This document shows, piece by piece, positions 47,554-57,022 of a stretch of DNA of 64,000 bases. Position 1 is the stretch's first letter, and each line of letters begins with the position of its first letter. The notes beneath the pieces are model-generated. The model had not been told where the DNA came from, did not search any database, and saw only the letters and a program-made list of their open reading frames with translations. The DNA is taken from IMG/VR virus record IMGVR_UViG_3300034050_000451, positions 62,001-126,000 of that record; one strand, given 5' to 3'. A program made the translations under genes and the position numbers.

Positions 47554-47681
47554 CAAATATACGAAAAATTTCCCAGTATACCAAATATTTTTGATAAAAT
47601 TTTCCACTATAAATTGATTTAAGTACAAATATAGTGAAAATTTTCCATTATACCAAGTCTTTTCGGTAAAATTTTCCACTA
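47554..47681 (-). repeat. Two 56-bp imperfect direct repeats (72-bp period), each containing a Bacteroidota-type promoter
   Basis: 47554-47609 and 47626-47681; TTTG-N20-TATATTTG and CTTG-N20-TATATTTG. Confidence 0.8.
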
Positions 47682-48109
47682 ATATTGCCATTTAGGCAAT
47701 TGTCATCTGAAAGGACATCGTATTTGAACATCCAATATACCTCATAATAAGATAGTGATTTTTTAGAATTGCAGAATTGGATGATTTCTCGTTTGAACTC
47801 ATCTTGCTTTCCTTCTTTAACTTGTTCGTTTATCCACTCATTAGATGAGTAGTATTTTTCCCAATCGGATGTTTTACGAACCTTCTTTTTAAGAGGAGCT
47901 CTACCACCCATTCCGGCTGCCTTACGCTCCCCCTTAATTTTTGCAAGTTCTCTTACTCCGATTTTTACATTACGAACACTTTCAAGTGATTTCTTTCCAA
48001 TGTAGTATTTGCCGCTTGGGGTGTGTGTTATCATATAGATAAACCCAACAGCTTCTTCAGAGATTACATCTTCGGTAATCTCTTTATTTTCACATAACCA
48101 ATTTGACAT
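47648..48109 (-). CDS. GIY-YIG family nuclease
   Basis: GFIYMITHTPSGKYYIGKK, YYSS, FKREII, YYE and terminal N motif. Confidence 0.8.
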   Translation of the reverse strand: MSNWLCENKEITEDVISEEAVGFIYMITHTPSGKYYIGKKSLESVRNVKIGVRELAKIKGERKAAGMGGRAPLKKKVRKTSDWEKYYSSNEWINEQVKEGKQDEFKREIIQFCNSKKSLSYYEVYWMFKYDVLSDDNCLNGNISGKFYRKDLV

Positions 48110-48112
48110 AAA

Positions 48113-48325
48113 CTATTTTTTAAATTTATCAGAATAAGGTTTACCTGGAGCAAATCCAGAGGCACCTTGTCCTAATTTTCTTCCGCCAGCAGCTTCAATT
48201 GCTTTTTCATCTTTTGATAAATCTCTTCCGCCATCAGCTTCAAGTGGAGTTTTGTCACCACCTTTAATATTTGCTTTAGATGCAGCGGGTGGAGTTTTTG
48301 CTAATAATTCTTCTAATGTTGCCAT
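48113..48325 (-). CDS. Hypothetical 70-aa protein
   Basis: Co-oriented ORF with a TATTTATA motif 13 nt upstream. Confidence 0.65.
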   Translation of the reverse strand: MATLEELLAKTPPAASKANIKGGDKTPLEADGGRDLSKDEKAIEAAGGRKLGQGASGFAPGKPYSDKFKK

Positions 48326-48338
48326 AATTTTTGTTTAT

Positions 48339-48346
48339 TATAAATA
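48339..48346 (-). promoter_or_regulatory. Putative phage late promoter (TATTTATA)
   Basis: Recurrent motif. Confidence 0.55.
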
Positions 48347-48350
48347 TTAT

Positions 48351-49289
48351 TTAAGTATCGAAACGTACAATAAAATTAATAGGATAATCCGGTAATGATT
48401 TTATTGGTTTTGGTAATTTAGCTACTGCTACCATATTAAGTCCATCATCATATAATCCAATTGTTGTAATATATGGTGCTAAGTATGAACCAGTAGGGTC
48501 AACTGAACCACTATTGATATAATCATCAAAACTTCCAATAGATACCCCATCTAATTGAGAAACGTATGGATGTTGTGAATCACGAATTAATTTAAACCCA
48601 GGTTTATAATATGATGCAGTGGTAAACTGATTTGATGATAGTTTTTTATCTCTTCTATTTGTTACAATATCAATTTTTTCTGCACCTTGCTCATAAACAG
48701 CAGTTGGGTTTTGTGATACGTTAAATTCATTCTCATTAACTGATAGGAATATTTCATTCTCATAAATTGTCATTGTAGAACGATATGATATTTCAAAATT
48801 ACTAAGAGTTGTTTCATCAACAACATCTTTAGTAACTACAACTAATCCCCTATCGTAAAATACATTTCCTTTTATATTACCAGAATTATCTACCAAATTA
48901 GAATTACCATCATCAGTTACACTAACCGCTCCATATTGTAATTCCATTGTTCCTATTTTTATACCCTCACCATAATACTCCTGTGGTATTGATATTACAC
49001 CAATAGCATTACCCATAATTCTTTCATTAGTGGATGCATATGATTCACGATTACCAACTTCAGTTAATACCGATGCGGTTGCTGGATTTAAATAGAATTG
49101 TGCATATATTGAATCATACAAAGTTCGTTTGGATATACCATTGGAATTTGTATCGTCTGTTTCAGAATCATACAAATCACTTTGTAGTGTTCCATACAAT
49201 GGGGTAATATCAGTCTCATCCAAAGTCCACTCTTTGTAAACTTTGAAAGGTCTAACGATTACATCCGATTTTGGAATTTCTTTTATCAT
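48351..49289 (-). CDS. Virion structural protein (baseplate/tail region)
   Basis: ENEFNVSQNPT and PYITTIGLYDD..NMVAVAKLPKPI, shared with 49380-50585; start moved to MIKEIPK (49289), downstream of the promoter motif. Confidence 0.7.
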   Translation of the reverse strand: MIKEIPKSDVIVRPFKVYKEWTLDETDITPLYGTLQSDLYDSETDDTNSNGISKRTLYDSIYAQFYLNPATASVLTEVGNRESYASTNERIMGNAIGVISIPQEYYGEGIKIGTMELQYGAVSVTDDGNSNLVDNSGNIKGNVFYDRGLVVVTKDVVDETTLSNFEISYRSTMTIYENEIFLSVNENEFNVSQNPTAVYEQGAEKIDIVTNRRDKKLSSNQFTTASYYKPGFKLIRDSQHPYVSQLDGVSIGSFDDYINSGSVDPTGSYLAPYITTIGLYDDGLNMVAVAKLPKPIKSLPDYPINFIVRFDT

Positions 49290-49305
49290 TCGAAATATAC
49301 TTTCA

Positions 49306-49313
49306 TATAAATA
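49306..49313 (-). promoter_or_regulatory. Putative phage late promoter (TATTTATA)
   Basis: Recurrent motif 16 nt upstream of the ATG at 49289. Confidence 0.6.
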
Positions 49314-49323
49314 TCTAATAAAC

Positions 49324-49350
49324 AAAAAACCCCCTTATTCAGGGGGTTTC
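49324..49350 (-). terminator. Rho-independent terminator
   Basis: Minus strand AAACCCCCT-GAATA-AGGGGGTTT plus further Ts. Confidence 0.85.
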
Positions 49351-49379
49351 TATAATTTAGGGTTTATTAATTTCTAATT

Positions 49380-50585
49380 TTAGAATGATAATTTAACTTT
49401 TATAAGTACCTCTTTATCAAATGATTTGTTTATAGGTTGAGATGTTTTAGCTACTGCGATTAATTCGTTTGAATCGTTTAATAATCCTACTGTTGTTATG
49501 AATGTTTGTGGGTCAGTTTCGAAAGTTGTTTCTACAAATGTTCCATCAGTATTTGTGTACGTTGGGTTATTTGAATAGTTGAACTCTCTATTTGTTGCTC
49601 TAACAAAGAAATGTTGTGTAGAAACGTTTTCAGTTCTACGAGCTTCAAAATCTGCACCATTAGCAATTGCTTGTACTAATCTTTTGTGATTTTGTTGTTC
49701 TGCTGCTACTGATATAGAACCACTAACATTAACAGACGTTGTTCCCCAAGGTTTAACAGTACCAATTGTTGTACCAATTGCGGTTGGGTTTAATATAATA
49801 ATACCTCTATCAGGATAGAACAATCCAAATCCTTCGTTTGTAGAAGATGTTGTTGTATTGATTGTAGCTTCGTTTTCAGTACCTAAGTTAAGTGAACCAC
49901 TTACTACTTTAAATACTCTACCAGCTTTACCTAATGTATCACCAAATTTCTTACCACTATCATCAATGAAAGTGAAAACTCCATTTGAACCAGAAACGGT
50001 CATTGACCAGTTTCCTGCATCCATCTTTTCTCTATATCTTGCTCTATTTAATGTGATAGCGTAGATTGAATTTGAATCATTAGCTATACCACTTCCATTT
50101 TCAAATGAGAATTGTGTATCAGTTGGGTCTAATAGAATAGAACGATATTGTGCGTAAGTTGCTTTAGAAGCAAGTAATGCATTATCATCATTCTGAAGTG
50201 ATACTGAACCACTACCATTCACATGTCCATAAGCTACACCGAATTGAACTTCAGCAGCAGTATCCGTTCTTGGGTCAGTACTATACACATCATAATAGTA
50301 ATTACCACTTTGGGCTACTTGCGTTGATGAAGTATAAGCTGCGGTTAGGGAACCAGCATCTCCACTCCATATTCCAGTTGTTACGATTTCTACTTTTGCA
50401 TTTACTTTATCGAATTCACCGAATCTTTTGTAAACTCCAGTAGATACTCCAGCACCTGCTTGTAGTTGTTGTCCAGCCGGTAGGGCTGAATTTAAAAGAG
50501 CTACGATATCATTACTATCGATTTGCCCTCCAGCTGCTAGTGCTGCGATTTGGGATGCGATTTGTGGGTTGTTTATAATTGCCAT
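49380..50585 (-). CDS. Virion structural protein (baseplate/tail region)
   Basis: NREFNYSNNPT and TFITTVGLLND.NELIAVAKTSQPI; paralogous C-terminus with 48351-49289. Confidence 0.7.
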   Translation of the reverse strand: MAIINNPQIASQIAALAAGGQIDSNDIVALLNSALPAGQQLQAGAGVSTGVYKRFGEFDKVNAKVEIVTTGIWSGDAGSLTAAYTSSTQVAQSGNYYYDVYSTDPRTDTAAEVQFGVAYGHVNGSGSVSLQNDDNALLASKATYAQYRSILLDPTDTQFSFENGSGIANDSNSIYAITLNRARYREKMDAGNWSMTVSGSNGVFTFIDDSGKKFGDTLGKAGRVFKVVSGSLNLGTENEATINTTTSSTNEGFGLFYPDRGIIILNPTAIGTTIGTVKPWGTTSVNVSGSISVAAEQQNHKRLVQAIANGADFEARRTENVSTQHFFVRATNREFNYSNNPTYTNTDGTFVETTFETDPQTFITTVGLLNDSNELIAVAKTSQPINKSFDKEVLIKVKLSF

Positions 50586-50599
50586 ATCTTATTTTCCTT

Positions 50600-51223
50600 T
50601 TATGCTCTATATGTTACAGTTACAGGAATAGTTTGTGAACCTCCAGTTTCGTTACCATAAACAGTTATTGTTGTTGAAATATTTGTAGTTAACGATGGAT
50701 TTGGTGTAAATGCAAATGATAAACCATTTACTACTTGTGCAGTAGTTGTGATTTCCTCACCTAAAAATACCGGTACAGTTCCTGCCCCAGCTGCCCCTTG
50801 CGATACTGATAATGTTCCAGCTCTTTGGTCAGCTAATACAACAGTGTATCCAGCGTTTGTATTTCCAGCAGGAGAAGTTGTTGGAGAAAGAGAAACGATT
50901 CCCTCATTCTGAAAAACTCCTATTGATGGAATACCCAATGATACAATTGGAATTTGTGTTGTACCCTTTGGTAGTGTAACTAATTTATAACGTAATACCT
51001 GCGTTTCATCAGGCGATGCTTCCAAAATTGGAATTGCTTTTATTGCCGAATCATAATATGCACTTCCTTTTGGATGAGCTGGTTCGTACAATGTATAATC
51101 AATCTCATCATCACCTAATGCAAATTTGGTTATGTTAAGAGATTGACCCGATGCCAATTTTTGTCTACCTTTTTTGGTAAGAATAGCATCTACTGTAATT
51201 GATGTGTTATTTAAATATCCCAT
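50600..51223 (-). CDS. Virion structural protein
   Basis: MGYLNNTSITVDAILTKKGRQKLA...ITKFALGDDEIDY, a baseplate-attachment-like N-terminus. Confidence 0.7.
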   Translation of the reverse strand: MGYLNNTSITVDAILTKKGRQKLASGQSLNITKFALGDDEIDYTLYEPAHPKGSAYYDSAIKAIPILEASPDETQVLRYKLVTLPKGTTQIPIVSLGIPSIGVFQNEGIVSLSPTTSPAGNTNAGYTVVLADQRAGTLSVSQGAAGAGTVPVFLGEEITTTAQVVNGLSFAFTPNPSLTTNISTTITVYGNETGGSQTIPVTVTYRA

Positions 51224-51250
51224 AATTTTTTATTATCCCTTTTGATATAC

Positions 51251-51258
51251 TATAAATA
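51251..51258 (-). promoter_or_regulatory. Putative phage late promoter (TATTTATA)
   Basis: Recurrent motif. Confidence 0.6.
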
Positions 51259-51287
51259 TAACTTTTTTTAAATTTAATTAATTTTGA

Positions 51288-54200
51288 TTAGTCAACCTCC
51301 AATATTGGTTCACCTGAACCTCTACCAGTATTAGCCACTCTAAGAATGTTAGGATTAGTAGTAAATATTTCAACCGGGTCTAATCCATCAGGCGTTGTAG
51401 TTGATGTTTGTTGTGAACCTTCGAAAAATGAATATTTTAATCCTTGTGTTAAATTATTTTTATAACGATAATGTGATGGGAAGTAACCATTTAATGGAGT
51501 TACCTCTATTACATTATTACCAATCGATGGTGGAGTTGCCCCAACCGGTACAATTGATACATTATACCTATAATTAGTTACTTCTTGAATTTCGTACTTA
51601 ATTTGTTCATTATTTGTTGTTGCCGGCCAACCTTCAGTTTGAACACTTACTTTTTCTATATAAGATTCCTTAACTTTATATATTTGCTTTCTTGATGAAG
51701 TCATATTACCAAATATATCTAATGTTGTCAACGAACCAGTTCCATTTAATGCATATAATCCAAATCCTGCCAAATCCAATGATTTATCATCCATTCCAAT
51801 TTGTGTAGATGAGAATGAATCAACAGTAGATTCTAATTTGGAACCATTTGGAATTTCAATTTCTACTTCATAAGTTGGATATGAACCTTCTAATACCGTA
51901 ACATCTTCTAATTCAATTAATGAATCATATGTAGGATAATCAACTAATAATCTTGTAATTTCATCTGAATTAATGGTTGCTTCATAGTTATCCATTTGAA
52001 ATGAAAACTCAACATTATCAGTTGTATTAATAGATGTATCATGTACATTATAAGTAGATTCAACTTCTATATTATCACGTGTATCAATTGATGATTCATA
52101 ATCACCCCTTTCAGCTGCTGGTTGTTTCCATTTAGTTTTACTTCTTTCTAAATAATGTGGTTCAATTAATAAACCTTTAGAAACACTAGCTCTAGCCGGA
52201 ACTAAATCTTGTAATACATCAAATAATGATTTGTCGATTTGTCTAACTAACTGAATGTATTCATAAATATCTCTATCTAATCTTTCAAAATAGTATTCTC
52301 TTAAAATTCTAAGTTCGTTGTAATCATCCTTATATTCATCAGCAGGTGCACCAATATAATTGTCAATGTTGAATGAACCAAATGATTTTAAGATATCCAT
52401 ATTCAATTCCTTAACAGGCGAAAAGAATAATCCTAATCTATTTGAATCAACTGGTGCTCTATCAAATGCTTTTTTGGTTGCTCTAACTTTGTGAGATAAA
52501 TCACCAACTAAAGTTTGTTGTTCAAATCTAATTTTATCAGATTGATTAAATCCTAATGACGGTACGTTTGCCGTTACAGTCCTATCATATGGAGTATATT
52601 GGTATGGATAAATGCTTGATGATGGGAATGATACAGTTGTACCATATGTTACACCATAAGCTTGAGAAACCGCAACATTCAATAAGTTGTTATCGGCTGT
52701 TCTATCTTTTGGGTATTCAAAATCAAATCTAACCCATAAATCTTCAGTAGATGCTGTATATGAATTTCCATTGGTTGCATCAGGTAGAAGTGTATGTGTT
52801 TCAATTACACCATCTTCCAATGGTTGTTTCCATAAACGGAACTCATCCATTGAACCACTTAATGCATATCCAATTTTAATCAAACTACCAGTATTCCAAG
52901 AAGTATTACCAGTTAATACTAATGGTGCCGATGTTACTTGCGTTCTAATTCTATCACCCAATGCATCCTTTGCAATAATTTGAAAAGATGAATTAGCTCC
53001 AACTAATGTTCTATTAATTACAATCTCAGTATATTCATCATTGAATATATTAAATTCAGATGTGGATGCGGATGCTACTAATCCAGTCGATGCTGATACA
53101 TAAAAATCTAATGTACCAAATGTACCCTTTGTATTAGTAACTCCCAGTTTCCAATTTTGAATAGAACCACTTTCAGCTTTTACAATACCATAATTACCCG
53201 GCTGAGTTAGATTAACTCTTAACTCAACTGAATTTGGATATGTACCACTTACTTCTTTCCAATCCGTTTGAACATATTCATTTGTATTGGTAAAGTTAAT
53301 AGCTGCCGTTCTATCATCAAATGTAAATTTGGTGCTACCACCCAATGTTGGGTCTTGTGGTCCACCAAACTCCATAATAGTTAATAGAGATTGTGGTACT
53401 CCATAACAAGCCATTACAGCTTTTAAAGAACGAGCCGTACCTTTATGTTTTAATAAATAAGGTAAGTTGTTTAATATTCTTCTCCAAACTTCTTCGTTTG
53501 CAGATTTTAAACTTGTACCATATTTTTCAGTTCCATCTTTGTTTTGTCCAAATGCATACTCCCATAGGAATTGAGAATCGTATGCACGTTTCCCCTCCCA
53601 TCCCATTGATTCCAACATTTGGAATACCAATTCATCTGAGAATCCATTTGAAGTGGCTTGGTTAAGATTTTTTAATTGTTTTAATGAATTTATGTATGCC
53701 CAAATGATATCAAAGTGCTGTCCAATCATATCTAAGAATAACATATATTCTTCATTGTCATAATCCTCTTTGATAAATCTAGGAAGATTATTATTTAGAT
53801 AGTTTGGATTATACTTATCATAATCATCAGCCACACTTATAATAGTATCATACCAATCAATTGCCGTATTACTTGTAGTTGCTACAATTGTATTAGAAAC
53901 TTTTGGATATGCTAAAGAATTTGTTGATGTATATAAGAATGTTTCAAATCCATCAAATGAACCAATTAAATTATTAATATTATCTAATTGTTTATTTGCT
54001 TCAATTTGAGATAGAATATTGTAAGAAGGAGTTTCGTACTCTAAAAATAAATCATTTTCGGTTAATAAATAATAATCATTCTCCGTTGTTAAATAAGTTA
54101 ATACAACATTTTGAGAAGAAACTGAGTTATAGGTTGTTTGGTATGTTTCTAATAATTGAATCTTATACCAAAAGTTTTTAACTCTTTCAGCAGATGAACC

Positions 54201-55544
54201 AAAATGTACATAGTTATCAAAGGTATATGTTGAACCAGATACATATTCAATATTTAATTGAGATGTATCAATATCATTATTTGTTATATACTTTTGTATT
54301 AATGATGTTGATGTAGTTGAACCACTTGCAATCAAATCAGCAAAGATTTGCATTCCAGTTCCATTATCAGTTTCTAATGTAAAATTAGGTCCTTTTAATG
54401 GTTGACATAAACTATCTAATTTACCAACCAATGTAACCATTTCAATCATTGGTTCCGTTTGTGCCTTTGTTATCCAAACTTTTTGGTTTGGTTGCACAGA
54501 CGTTGGTAATGGTTCGTATAATTTAAGGATTAATGAATCCTCAGTTGGAGATAATACTGCTTTATCAATATTACTCTCATCTAATCCAGTCCAAGTTGTA
54601 ATTACTTTGTTATCACCATTACCTAAATGTAATAAGTGAGTTAAGAATTTAGATTCATCAAATATTTTTCTATCGAACTGAGCAACAAATCCTTCAACAA
54701 TTCTATTGATTGCTAAATCTCTTGGTATCTCTAAGTCACCCTTATCAAATAGGATAGGAATAAATTCAATAGGCCCCGTTACAACTTCTTTACCTGCAGT
54801 ATTATATGGTATTAATTTAAGAGGAATTGTTACTTTATCAGTAGTAGATTGGTTTATATTAACCATATCTCCATTTCTTCTAAAATCAGATTGAGCTATG
54901 CCATCTTCCAAATTAACTGAAATTTCTTTTTTAGTTAATTTAGTACTAATTGGAGTAGCCGTTTCAAAAACACTAGCTGGGTATTTCTCAACTAATTGTT
55001 TTACATTAAATGTTTGCGTACCCTTTGGTGAAACTTGAATATAATCAGTTGAATTACCAACATATATTCTAACATATGTAGTATCAACAGAATTCCAACT
55101 AATATCAAAGTTTACATCATACCCAATAAAATCAGCACCTCTAACTACTTTAGGATAACTAATTTCTCTAATATCAGGCACATTTACAAATACATCATCA
55201 ACTACATTAATGAAAATATCTAAACCAAATTCAGATACATTTATTGATTCTTGAGTAGGTTGATTTGTAACAATACTTTGAGCTACAGTTATTGGAGCTG
55301 GTTTGATTTGTTCCCTTATAGGATTATTTGTAAGTAATCCAATTTCATTTTTAGGTGTTGTTGGAAATGTAATTGGTGTTATTGGAATTGTTATAGGTGG
55401 TTGTGATACAATTGTCGCACCTCCACCGCCGCCTCCTCCTCCATAATTTGGAAAATTAAAGCCACCGCCTCCACCACCATCATTGATGAATGAAAATCCA
55501 CCCTCTGTGTTGGAACCTAAATCCGTTTGTAGTGCTCTTATCAT
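51288..55544 (-). CDS. Large baseplate wedge-like protein with a LamG/ConA-like domain and Gly-rich N-terminus
   Basis: LPYLLKHKGTARSLKAVMACYG (gpI/gp7-like) and LSGSMDEFRLW (LamG-like). Confidence 0.7.
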   Translation of the reverse strand: MIRALQTDLGSNTEGGFSFINDGGGGGGFNFPNYGGGGGGGGATIVSQPPITIPITPITFPTTPKNEIGLLTNNPIREQIKPAPITVAQSIVTNQPTQESINVSEFGLDIFINVVDDVFVNVPDIREISYPKVVRGADFIGYDVNFDISWNSVDTTYVRIYVGNSTDYIQVSPKGTQTFNVKQLVEKYPASVFETATPISTKLTKKEISVNLEDGIAQSDFRRNGDMVNINQSTTDKVTIPLKLIPYNTAGKEVVTGPIEFIPILFDKGDLEIPRDLAINRIVEGFVAQFDRKIFDESKFLTHLLHLGNGDNKVITTWTGLDESNIDKAVLSPTEDSLILKLYEPLPTSVQPNQKVWITKAQTEPMIEMVTLVGKLDSLCQPLKGPNFTLETDNGTGMQIFADLIASGSTTSTSLIQKYITNNDIDTSQLNIEYVSGSTYTFDNYVHFGSSAERVKNFWYKIQLLETYQTTYNSVSSQNVVLTYLTTENDYYLLTENDLFLEYETPSYNILSQIEANKQLDNINNLIGSFDGFETFLYTSTNSLAYPKVSNTIVATTSNTAIDWYDTIISVADDYDKYNPNYLNNNLPRFIKEDYDNEEYMLFLDMIGQHFDIIWAYINSLKQLKNLNQATSNGFSDELVFQMLESMGWEGKRAYDSQFLWEYAFGQNKDGTEKYGTSLKSANEEVWRRILNNLPYLLKHKGTARSLKAVMACYGVPQSLLTIMEFGGPQDPTLGGSTKFTFDDRTAAINFTNTNEYVQTDWKEVSGTYPNSVELRVNLTQPGNYGIVKAESGSIQNWKLGVTNTKGTFGTLDFYVSASTGLVASASTSEFNIFNDEYTEIVINRTLVGANSSFQIIAKDALGDRIRTQVTSAPLVLTGNTSWNTGSLIKIGYALSGSMDEFRLWKQPLEDGVIETHTLLPDATNGNSYTASTEDLWVRFDFEYPKDRTADNNLLNVAVSQAYGVTYGTTVSFPSSSIYPYQYTPYDRTVTANVPSLGFNQSDKIRFEQQTLVGDLSHKVRATKKAFDRAPVDSNRLGLFFSPVKELNMDILKSFGSFNIDNYIGAPADEYKDDYNELRILREYYFERLDRDIYEYIQLVRQIDKSLFDVLQDLVPARASVSKGLLIEPHYLERSKTKWKQPAAERGDYESSIDTRDNIEVESTYNVHDTSINTTDNVEFSFQMDNYEATINSDEITRLLVDYPTYDSLIELEDVTVLEGSYPTYEVEIEIPNGSKLESTVDSFSSTQIGMDDKSLDLAGFGLYALNGTGSLTTLDIFGNMTSSRKQIYKVKESYIEKVSVQTEGWPATTNNEQIKYEIQEVTNYRYNVSIVPVGATPPSIGNNVIEVTPLNGYFPSHYRYKNNLTQGLKYSFFEGSQQTSTTTPDGLDPVEIFTTNPNILRVANTGRGSGEPILEVD

Positions 55545-55548
55545 ATCT

Positions 55549-55556
55549 TATAAATA
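55549..55556 (-). promoter_or_regulatory. Putative late promoter 4 nt from the ATG
   Basis: GATATTTATAAGAT-ATG. Confidence 0.6.
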
Positions 55557-55591
55557 TCCAATTTATAATTCTTATTTGTCTTATTTACCAC

Positions 55592-57004
55592 TTATCTAAA
55601 GTTTTGTTCCCTATTTCTACTAGGTCCTCCACCTCCACCATAAGGTGAACCACCTCCACCTGATGATGGTTTTGGTGTTACTGTAACTGGTTTTGGTGTT
55701 CCTATTGATGGAGTTCCTCCACCAGCATAAGGATTAGATACTACCTTTGGTGGTGTTGATACTACTACCTCAGTAAGAACTTCACGAGATGGTCCTCCAC
55801 CTCCACTATATGGATTTGTTGTTATTTTTATAGGTGCTTCAACCGGTCTTACTTCATTTTCATAATCACTTAATGAAAATGGAAAAATCTTAGCACCATA
55901 TTTACCAATATTTTTAAATACAGAATGTGGTATTGTTATTCCAGCTACATCACCATCCTGTAAATCATCAAACTCCAATATATCTTGTCCAATAATAACA
56001 GTAACAGCTTTAACATCTGCGTTTTTTAAAAATCCAATAGGTACACCTAACTTAGAATTTATGTTATATATTATTGATTGCTTTTTTAATAATGTTATTT
56101 GTGGGTTTAATGCAGGTCTAGGTGCTTTAACCAACTCAGTTGTAATTGTTATTGATGCGTTATTATTTAATGTTATATTATAACTTAAACTTTCATTTGG
56201 CGCTGCTGATATTGGTGGTCTTGTATTTGATTGTATTTGTGTTATTCTGTATAGTGAAGTATTTGCGGATTCTACTTTAAATGTAGTTCCACTAATATCA
56301 GAATATGGAGTTGAACCATTATCAGGAAAAAACTCAACACTTCCATTTTTTACAACCCTAACCGAATTACCAGCACCACTTACGTTTACAGTAAAATTAT
56401 ATAAAGCGGTATCATTTTCAACTGATTGTTGGGTTAAATTAAAATTTAAATTTGAAACAACAGATGAAACAGCGGCTGTTGTATTTGTTGATTGTTCCAC
56501 ATCATTTATATAATGCTTTACTTTCATTTGAGTTGATGTAATTCCCAATGTACCCAATGATGATAAATCAGGTAAATTAAATATATTAAGGAATGGTCTA
56601 TTAATAATAGTTGCACCATTTGGATTTTCTAATGAAATTACATATTTATCACTACTGGTGTATCCTTGTTTTTCTATTGTTATTACCTTATCACCATTTT
56701 TTAATTCTTCTTTACTAAAAGTTAAATTTTCTGATGTTGTTTTTGATGAATTTATACCATTAATATAAATACTTGCACCAGCTATGTTTGATGTTATTTG
56801 AAATGTTCTATTAGATGGTGTTGCTATAATTGTTGGCGTAGGTACAGCTATTGGTGTTGGTGTAATAAAAGTACTACCACCACCGCCGCCACCGCCGCCA
56901 CCACCAAAAGATAAGTTTGAACCGAAATTACCAAATTGGTTTTCGCCAAACCCATTACCAAAGGAGTTTAAATTAAAATCATCATATTGTAATGCTTGTA
57001 TCAT
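55592..57004 (-). CDS. Virion protein with a PEGA-like domain and Gly/Pro-rich termini
   Basis: FQITSNIAGASIYING...ITIEKQGY; PYxGGG repeats at the C-terminus. Confidence 0.65.
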   Translation of the reverse strand: MIQALQYDDFNLNSFGNGFGENQFGNFGSNLSFGGGGGGGGGGSTFITPTPIAVPTPTIIATPSNRTFQITSNIAGASIYINGINSSKTTSENLTFSKEELKNGDKVITIEKQGYTSSDKYVISLENPNGATIINRPFLNIFNLPDLSSLGTLGITSTQMKVKHYINDVEQSTNTTAAVSSVVSNLNFNLTQQSVENDTALYNFTVNVSGAGNSVRVVKNGSVEFFPDNGSTPYSDISGTTFKVESANTSLYRITQIQSNTRPPISAAPNESLSYNITLNNNASITITTELVKAPRPALNPQITLLKKQSIIYNINSKLGVPIGFLKNADVKAVTVIIGQDILEFDDLQDGDVAGITIPHSVFKNIGKYGAKIFPFSLSDYENEVRPVEAPIKITTNPYSGGGGPSREVLTEVVVSTPPKVVSNPYAGGGTPSIGTPKPVTVTPKPSSGGGGSPYGGGGGPSRNREQNFR

Positions 57005-57008
57005 ATCT

Positions 57009-57016
57009 TATAAATA
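57009..57016 (-). promoter_or_regulatory. Putative late promoter 4 nt from the ATG
   Basis: GATATTTATAAGAT-ATG, identical to the 55549 context. Confidence 0.6.
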
Positions 57017-57022
57017 TCAAAT

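Noticed and set aside
47458-47691. 77-aa minus-strand ORF
   Set aside because: It is a by-product of the 72-bp duplication and overlaps two better genes and the promoters
47648-48109. Intron-encoded or mobile homing endonuclease
   Set aside because: It is a free-standing single catalytic domain with no DNA-binding repeats and no interrupted gene nearby
49290-49325. N-terminal extension of the 324-aa ORF
   Set aside because: It runs through the promoter motif and up to the terminator; the ATG at 49289 fits better
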